Of a stretch of 34,225 nucleotides of DNA, positions 27,836 through 34,225 are shown one piece after another. Position 1 is the first letter of the stretch. The number at the start of each line of letters is the position of its first letter. The stretch is from assembly GCA_050010755.1 (NCBI GenBank), contig JBEKKK010000007.1:1-34225 (forward strand). Direction: 5' to 3'. The notes below the pieces were generated by a model that was not told where the DNA came from, searched no databases, and saw nothing but the letters and a program-made list of their open reading frames with translations. The stretch comes from Candidatus Bathyarchaeia archaeon. Its GTDB lineage: Archaea > Thermoproteota > Bathyarchaeia > Bathyarchaeales > Bathycorpusculaceae. The translations under genes and the position numbers were made by a program.

Positions 27836-28792
27836 TTAGACTATTTTGCTCTTTTTTCTTCTGGTCAAGAGGGTAACGGGTAAAGACGCGGCGAGCAGAC
27901 CGATTGCAAGCAACGGGTATTCTGGGATGGTCACGTTTACGGTGTAGTTTGCGGAGCTTGCGTTTTGTGGTGGGTTGCTGCTGTCTGTTGCGTTGGCGTA
28001 TATTATGTATGTTCCAGTTTGTTGCGCGGTGAAGGTCATCGTTTGGTTGGTGGTATTTGCTGTGTCGTTGACGTACCAAGTGTAGCTATACGGTTGGATT
28101 CCTCCTTGAGCGTTGGCGGCGAAGTAAGCTGTGGCTCCCTGGTCCATTTGGTATGTGTTGTCTCCTATCAGAGTTGCACTACCTGTTACGGTTGCATTCA
28201 CGGTTAGAGGCTGCGGCATTGTGGCTTCGATAATGCTGTCTTGGAATGATCCTGAGCTTTGTGGGAACACTATTACAGCCACGGATTGGCCTGGGCTTGG
28301 AACGAAGCCTGTGCCGTACTCGTACGAAGCGTTTACGAGGGCAGTTTCGTTGGGGTCAAGGGACTGGAAGTTGGTGGACGTGTTGTTGACGAAGTTCCAG
28401 ATTGCGTCTTGTGTCTCGGTGAAGTTTGCCAGCTTGTTGTTAAGGATGTAGTTCACCTTGTCCCACTGGATGTCCGAGTAGTTGCCGGGTGGCGGGTTGA
28501 GGCTCGAGTACAACAATGCCACGAAGGTCTCATTCCTGGTCATGGTGATATTATGATCAATGCACCAACCTGAGTAAGGGCCGTTGGTCACGTCGTAGCC
28601 GCCTGGAACGTTGCTGAGCGTCGTCACGAAGTAGCTTGTAGTATCATTCTGAACAATTACGTCAACAGGGTTTGGGGGTAGATTTAATGTGGGCCCTTGC
28701 GCCACCACAGGAGCTGCGATTATCAAAATTGCCATTGTGAAAACCAATATCGTTTCTAGGATTCTCACGTTTTTCTTAGTCAATTTAACCAT
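27836..28792 (-). CDS. Surface protein: thioester (TQXA/TED)-like domain, PKD-like domain and PEF-CTERM-like anchor
   Basis: Signal peptide; GWCID, TQDAIWNF and FQDSII; PYSYTWYVN; IPEYP + TM + RRKK. Confidence 0.75.
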   Translation of the reverse strand: MVKLTKKNVRILETILVFTMAILIIAAPVVAQGPTLNLPPNPVDVIVQNDTTSYFVTTLSNVPGGYDVTNGPYSGWCIDHNITMTRNETFVALLYSSLNPPPGNYSDIQWDKVNYILNNKLANFTETQDAIWNFVNNTSTNFQSLDPNETALVNASYEYGTGFVPSPGQSVAVIVFPQSSGSFQDSIIEATMPQPLTVNATVTGSATLIGDNTYQMDQGATAYFAANAQGGIQPYSYTWYVNDTANTTNQTMTFTAQQTGTYIIYANATDSSNPPQNASSANYTVNVTIPEYPLLAIGLLAASLPVTLLTRRKKSKIV

Positions 28793-29051
28793 TTCATCCT
28801 TCCTTATGTAGCTGAATGAGTCGAAAGAGTGAATTAATATGTCTTGTGAATCTATCGTAAGAATTAATAAGCCTTGCTCCTTCTGAACGGACAGGGAACG
28901 GGAGTCGAGTCAAGTTACAGAGAGAACGGCGCGCGTGCCTGTTGACTCAGCCTTAAGTGTGCATTATTTTGTTTAGGCTTTAGTCTGTTTTAAGCCCCGG
29001 TTTGTGCTTGCCCCGCATTAAGAATAAGAAGGGCAGGATTCGCCTCTTCGA

Positions 29052-29202
29052 CCCCCGCCTTTTTTTCTTTACATCAGATGTAATGTTGCTTTGTAATGTG
29101 TAAGCGTATATGTGTCCATGTTGAATTTTGACCCCCGTCTGTGCGTTCGTGAGGTTAGTTGTAATGTTGCTTTGTAATGTTGCTTTGTATATTTTCATGT
29201 TG
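29052..29202 (-). repeat. Dispersed intergenic repeat, pair 3 (29052-29123; 29155-29202)
   Basis: ACGCTTACACATTACAAAGCAACATTACA is identical to type A. 13-bp periodic TGTAATGTTGCTT and a perfect dyad TTACATC-A-GATGTAA. Confidence 0.88.
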
Positions 29203-29238
29203 TTGTGGGGCGTGCGAGTTTCGCGTGCGCGGAGGGTG

Positions 29239-31020
29239 TCAGGAGTATTGTTCTCCGAGATGCCGTGCAACCATAGATAGATCGTTCATGTTTACTACGC
29301 CGTCTCCGTTGACGTCGGCTGCTGGGTTCCAGTTTGGGCTGCCTGGTGATGATCCGAATGCGCGTGCGACGATTGATATGTCATGCATGTTGACGGCGCC
29401 GTCTTGAGTGGTGTCCCACGGTGGGTCTTCGAATATTCGACAGTAGTCTATGTAGACTGTTGTGGGTCCGGCGCCGTAGACTTCGGCGAGTCCGAAGCGA
29501 ACTTGGTCCACGCCGCCCACGGCGGTTGTGTTCAAGTTTTGGATGGAGCAGGTTAGCTCTCCGTCGACGAAGAGTTCGGCGGTGCCGTTTGCGGCGCCTT
29601 CGGTTAGGTAGAGTTGAACGGTGTGCCAAGTGTCGAGTGTAGGGCTGAAGTTTGAGTAAGTGCTCGTCCAGCCGGTGGCGTTCATGATCATCAGGTTCCA
29701 CAGGTCTACGCCGTTGGTGCGGCGCCATCCTGCATAGGCGACGCTGCTGCCGTTGGCGGTGAAGGCAATGAGGTAGAAGCGGTCATCGTTCTTGGTGATT
29801 CCTGATTGAGACACGTAGAAGTAGCCGCTGGCATAAAGCTGGGGAGAAACTGGCATGGACTCGTAGCAGTAGGCTCCTTCGAAGCCGCCCGTGCCGTTAG
29901 AAGTGAACTGGGCACTGTAGTTGCCCTCGTATGACAGAGTGTTTAGGACGGTTGCCGTTTCACCAGATGTCACGTAGGTTCCGTTCCATGCGGAAAAGCT
30001 GCCCGATTTGAAACTGTCCTCAAAGTGATTTCCAGTAGTAGGAGTTGTGACCGCAATTGCAGATTGCTGTGCGAACACTATTAGGAAGGGGAATAGATCG
30101 GGCAACAGGATTGATTGTATCTGGCTGAGGGTGGGGGCAGGCCAGTTTCCAGCTTCGAGGAGGTAGGATGTTGAATTGCCTGAAACGTATGCTTGGGAAG
30201 CTACGTCTCCACCAAGACCTAGTTGTCCGTATCCGAACACGTTGACTCCGCGCGATGCCGCTACTGTCTTGACATCCTTTGCTATCGTGTCATGATATTG
30301 CGACGTGGCAGGAGTCATTTTTGCGTATACTGACGGCTTGCCAAAGGCCATTCCTCCGCCGTAATGGTAATTGAGTTGAAACTTCGGCTTGTACGTTTGA
30401 AAAGCATTGATCAAAACCTGGCTTTCAGGTTCACTCCCAGGGCTTGGCCCTTCATAGTGCATGTCGGTTACGTTGCTACTGCTATCCATTCCACCCCAGC
30501 CAACTGGCATGTTCCTGTTCAAGTCAACTCCATACAAGTTGGCGTCTGTGCCCTGAACGTACCCGTACAAATCCATGTTCTTCCTTTTGATTCCGTATGA
30601 GTCAATGTTTTCGATGATTATTATAATCAAGTTATTCTGGAGAATGCTGTCGGCAATTGCGGGGTCTGTCCGATTCAGAATCCACTGAGCCATGTAATAG
30701 CCCACGATTGCGCCCTGAGGTTCGTCTCCGTGCGTATCCATTGTGAACATCACTTTCCCTCCGTTTGGATTGCCGATTTCGAACATTGGAATATCGGTTC
30801 CTTGGAAGGATTTACCGATGCTCTGGTAAGTCATCAGTGTAGGGTATTCGCTCATCAAGTTGAAGTAGTCCTGCAACAGAGCTTCCCTCGTCGGATAGCC
30901 TGAAGGAAGCGAGGCTGTAACGGCCGGAAACAGACCACCAGCTAGCAAAACGGAAAGAACAATGCATATTCCGACTTTGGTTGGGTTTGGAATTCTGCAG
31001 AAAGCCGTGTTGGATTTCAT
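29239..31020 (-). CDS. Secreted M14 zinc carboxypeptidase with LamG/ConA-like and dockerin domains
   Basis: HGDE, DLNRN, SEPE, NYH and LLE motifs; duplicated Ca-loops DTTQDGAVNMHD/DVNGDGVVNMND; start ATG 31020 with AGGAG. Confidence 0.88.
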   Translation of the reverse strand: MKSNTAFCRIPNPTKVGICIVLSVLLAGGLFPAVTASLPSGYPTREALLQDYFNLMSEYPTLMTYQSIGKSFQGTDIPMFEIGNPNGGKVMFTMDTHGDEPQGAIVGYYMAQWILNRTDPAIADSILQNNLIIIIIENIDSYGIKRKNMDLYGYVQGTDANLYGVDLNRNMPVGWGGMDSSSNVTDMHYEGPSPGSEPESQVLINAFQTYKPKFQLNYHYGGGMAFGKPSVYAKMTPATSQYHDTIAKDVKTVAASRGVNVFGYGQLGLGGDVASQAYVSGNSTSYLLEAGNWPAPTLSQIQSILLPDLFPFLIVFAQQSAIAVTTPTTGNHFEDSFKSGSFSAWNGTYVTSGETATVLNTLSYEGNYSAQFTSNGTGGFEGAYCYESMPVSPQLYASGYFYVSQSGITKNDDRFYLIAFTANGSSVAYAGWRRTNGVDLWNLMIMNATGWTSTYSNFSPTLDTWHTVQLYLTEGAANGTAELFVDGELTCSIQNLNTTAVGGVDQVRFGLAEVYGAGPTTVYIDYCRIFEDPPWDTTQDGAVNMHDISIVARAFGSSPGSPNWNPAADVNGDGVVNMNDLSMVARHLGEQYS

Positions 31021-31144
31021 TCTCCTTGCACCATTATGGGAAAAAGGAAGATAAAAATGTTCCTTGTTTACAGTCGCATACGTAGAAACATAAGTCTCAA
31101 GCATTAGAATATGTACACGCGAGCTTTGCAATCCACTTCGCATA

Positions 31145-31888
31145 TCATGCTTGCAGGTCGTTCTTTGCTGTTTCTGATGTTTTTGCTTGAGGTTCAAGGT
31201 CGATTACTGTTGTTCCGGCGAATTTGTCGAAGTATCTGATGAACCTTTTGTCTTTGAGACCGAATCCAATGAGCAAGTCGAAGGGCAATACTGGAAGTAT
31301 CTTGCCAAAGTTCCTTACTGCGGCGTGATCGTATGAAGGCTTTTTGCCGTCTGTTCTAACGACCATCAGCCGCACGATTCGCTTTCCCAGACTTTGACCC
31401 GCAAATCCTTCAAGCAGGGTGCAGTATACCCAAAAAATTACAAGGAATAGTATGAGGTCGTTAATAGTTACGCCGAGTCCGCTTCCGGTTAGAAGACTTG
31501 CCGAGACTCCAGGTATCACAAAGACAGCGAGAATCAGGGCAAAATCGATTAAGAATGCGAAGGCACGTTTATTGAAGTTTGCAAGGTGGCTCATAGGATT
31601 TTTTCGTAAACCGTCGGCGTTGGTGACCCATGTTTCGAGATCTCTGAGGAGCTCTATTGCGTGCTCGCCGGTTCTGGTCAGTTTGTATTTGCCTGTCGGT
31701 GACTGCTCTATGAAACCACTCAGGTTCCTTATGTGAAAACTCAATTTTCCAGTGTCAATGTCGAGCGCAGTCATAATGTCCGTGAAGGAAAGTTCACCTT
31801 TTCCATCCAACGCCGAAAGAATCTGTCTCCTCAGAGGATGGGACAATACTGCTAACGCTCTCGTTACCTCATCTTGGTCGACAGCCAT
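31145..31888 (-). CDS. ArsR-like wHTH fused to an RDD domain
   Basis: LSHPLRRQIL...SFTDIM...KLSFHI; KRAFAFLID...GQSLGK...D..AGT.V. Confidence 0.85.
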   Translation of the reverse strand: MAVDQDEVTRALAVLSHPLRRQILSALDGKGELSFTDIMTALDIDTGKLSFHIRNLSGFIEQSPTGKYKLTRTGEHAIELLRDLETWVTNADGLRKNPMSHLANFNKRAFAFLIDFALILAVFVIPGVSASLLTGSGLGVTINDLILFLVIFWVYCTLLEGFAGQSLGKRIVRLMVVRTDGKKPSYDHAAVRNFGKILPVLPFDLLIGFGLKDKRFIRYFDKFAGTTVIDLEPQAKTSETAKNDLQA

Positions 31889-32400
31889 ATGCTAAACCAG
31901 TATTCAATTTCGAAAGGAAAAGCCCTTGGCGAGAACCTAGCGCTTCCTTGGAATTAACGGTTTCGCTTACCTCTGATTTTTCATGAAAACGCATTTCGTA
32001 GGTTAGCTTGAAGATTTTTGACGATGGAACCCCTTGGACCAGCATTAATGCATATCAATCGAGATGGGCGAGAGACGTTGAACCCATCCATACTACCTGT
32101 TTAGCGCAGACACTGCAACTATCATGGAATGTAAGCCGCTTAAAGATACAAACTGCTGTTTGCTGGTTCAGTTTTGATTTCGGCTGGAATCTGCGCGCGC
32201 ATCGTCCGCCGCTTTTGCGAAACCAGGCCCGACGAGCAATACAGATTAGAACAATCATGGTGTTTGCAACGTAATCAATGGATTTTTGACCCAGAAAATG
32301 AGGTTTGTTTACTGCGCTTTGCTATCTGCTCAGATCCAATTCTCAACAAGGCGTAATAGCCGTCGAAATGAATGTCTACAAAACCTTGGTGGAGCGCGAA

Positions 32401-33825
32401 ATGAAAAGGATGAATAAACACTTAACGAAATTTGCTGTTTTTCCCCTGATATTAGTCACTTTGATATTTTGCATATTCCCAGCCTATGGAGCGACCTCTG
32501 CGAGTGTCACGGTCAATACTAGCAAGACAATAGGAACAAACAAGCTATCATTAGGCTTTCAAACCGATGGCACTTGGAGTTACTTCCTGAAATCAAATGT
32601 TGAACAGCTTGTCGAGAACGCCAGTTTCGTTTTGGTCCGTTTTCTGAGCACTGTAGTTGAACCATGCACGAGTTGGAATGATGCATCTGAGACGGGAACC
32701 TTCAACTGGGCAAAGGTAGATTCTTTGGTCAAAGCAATCTTCAGCGTCGGGGCCAAGCCATTTGTCACAATATCCAGAGTCAAAGATGGAGGCGGCGGCC
32801 TAGTAACCCCTCCTGGAATGGCAACCAACCCTGCCACTGGGTTACCTTATCCGGCCAGCTACGCGGCGTATGCAGTTCAATGGGTCAACCACTTCAAGTC
32901 TTTGGGCCTTCCAGTGGTCTACTACGAGATAGTGAATGAGCCGTATGCCTACTTTGGGTGGACCCCATCAACGACTAAGCTTGGTTACTACATGCAACTC
33001 TTCAACGCTGTTGCTGCGGCTATGCGCCAGGCGAACTCGAACCTGAGCCTGAGCTTTGACTTCATATGCCGCCAGCAGGTCTTGGATTATTGGCTAGCAA
33101 ACGGCGGCGCCGCGCTCGACAGACTGGACTTTCACGCTTATGACGTTAGTTGTGTCAATCCCTATCCTAGTGATGCAACAGTTCTCTCGGATGCAGAGAC
33201 TCAATTCTTCGGGCAGTGGCCTTATGGTTACAGCATCACTCAGGCTCAACAGAGATATTATCAGGTAAGAGGAAAAATGCTGCCGTTAGTAAACAGCGAG
33301 AGCAATTTCAACGGTGCATGTTCGACAGGCACGGATCCTAGAATTCAACAAATGAGCGGGGCAGTGTGGCTCGCACTCGTTCTCCGCATGGATATCTTGG
33401 ACGGCGTGAGCTACAATATATACTATTGTCTGAGCGCAAGCGCTTCTTGGAACGAGAAAGAACCCACTCATGGCTACGGTTTCGGAATGATAAACGCGGA
33501 CAACTGCCAGCCCTGGTACCCATACTACGTTCAAAAACTTATCGGCAACGGTCTCGCTGTGGGCGACCAAATCGTAAACGTGACGAGCACATCTTCCAGT
33601 ATCAGAGCACTCAGCTGGATACACGCAGGAAAAACGTATCTGCTGATAATATCCGAGACTACAGCGACAACAACTTTGAACCTTCAAGGCCTACAAGGCA
33701 CACTCAGCTTTTCAAAGATTGACAATACAATATCATTTACCTCTTCCCGAGTTCAAACCGGAACAGTTGCGTCCTCAGCTTCTCTGACCCTTAACGGATA
33801 CACAGTAATGCTACTGCATAACTAG
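32401..33825 (+). CDS. Secreted clan GH-A glycoside hydrolase (GH39-like)
   Basis: FNWAKVD, YYEIVNEP acid/base, DFHAY, NSESN nucleophile and a C-terminal beta domain; start uncertain. Confidence 0.8.
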   Translation: MKRMNKHLTKFAVFPLILVTLIFCIFPAYGATSASVTVNTSKTIGTNKLSLGFQTDGTWSYFLKSNVEQLVENASFVLVRFLSTVVEPCTSWNDASETGTFNWAKVDSLVKAIFSVGAKPFVTISRVKDGGGGLVTPPGMATNPATGLPYPASYAAYAVQWVNHFKSLGLPVVYYEIVNEPYAYFGWTPSTTKLGYYMQLFNAVAAAMRQANSNLSLSFDFICRQQVLDYWLANGGAALDRLDFHAYDVSCVNPYPSDATVLSDAETQFFGQWPYGYSITQAQQRYYQVRGKMLPLVNSESNFNGACSTGTDPRIQQMSGAVWLALVLRMDILDGVSYNIYYCLSASASWNEKEPTHGYGFGMINADNCQPWYPYYVQKLIGNGLAVGDQIVNVTSTSSSIRALSWIHAGKTYLLIISETTATTTLNLQGLQGTLSFSKIDNTISFTSSRVQTGTVASSASLTLNGYTVMLLHN

Positions 33826-34085
33826 AAACTTTTCACGGCGGTCGCTTTGTTGATTTCCGGCAACGCACTCAGCGTAGCTTTCCTCACTTTCACTGTCCAC
33901 AACATTTCCAACCGTTTTCACGCGAATTATAGTTAGTCTTGAACGCAATCAGCCTCGTGAATATTGTTGTAACCTTAATGCATTGGCGCTCACAACTTTA
34001 CTAATGGCATTGATATTATTCGCTGTCAGCCCTAAGAGAAAACAAAAAAAAGACTTCGGCTCATGCGCCTGAGCTTTCAACAGGG

Positions 34086-34225
34086 CTATGGATAAGTCTC
34101 TTGTGTTCCGAGGGTGTAGAATGTTGATGGGCTGTTTTGGTTGGCGTATTCGGTGCTGATCCAGCCGCTGCTTCTGGCGATGCTTGACACTCTTACCTCG
34201 TCAATCAGCCCGTTGAACAGTCTCG
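34086..34225 (-). CDS. C-terminus of a LamG/DUF2341-type protein (partial)
   Basis: FNGLIDEVRVSSIARSSGWISTEYANQNSPSTFYTLG*. Confidence 0.8.
   Translation of the reverse strand, partial: RLFNGLIDEVRVSSIARSSGWISTEYANQNSPSTFYTLGTQETYP

Noticed and set aside
2568-29202. Repeats as a CRISPR array or simple terminators
   Set aside because: Only pairs, ~70-bp units, irregular spacers and no cas genes. The T-tract is on the non-transcribed orientation at loci 2 and 3.
1-34225. Window could be circular: DUF2341 N-terminus at the left edge and a matching-type C-terminus at the right edge, same strand
   Set aside because: A direct join is out of frame and lacks the middle of the protein, and core chromosomal genes are present. 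Two paralogues are more likely.

Overview
Archaeal chromosomal segment; gene content and protein style suggest Bathyarchaeia/TACK, which is an inference. The left part holds translation and RNA-modification genes: rpl14e, cbf5 and an RsmC-like methyltransferase. cbf5 is split by a perfect 21-nt bulge-helix-bulge (BHB) intron. A RadA-like/small helical protein/PolB2 cassette and an integrase remnant lie between cbf5 and rpl14e. An ~8.8-kb AT-rich, GATC-depleted integrative element (7072-15913) follows. It carries an atypical tyrosine recombinase, an RHH regulator, a GNAT and many micro zinc-finger ORFs. Its ends duplicate the 9-bp TATA box of the rpl14e promoter and rebuild a 28-bp palindromic attP, so it appears to target a TATA box. 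The right part holds housekeeping genes (metallophosphoesterase, purA, PrsW, HtrA, epimerase) and a cell-surface cluster. That cluster includes an exosortase homologue lacking its catalytic core, a thioester-domain (TQXA/TED) PEF-CTERM-like adhesin, an M14 peptidase-dockerin, a GH-A glycosidase and DUF2341 proteins. An unexplained ~70-bp intergenic repeat family occurs as three tandem pairs (2568-2732, 24475-24741, 29052-29202).
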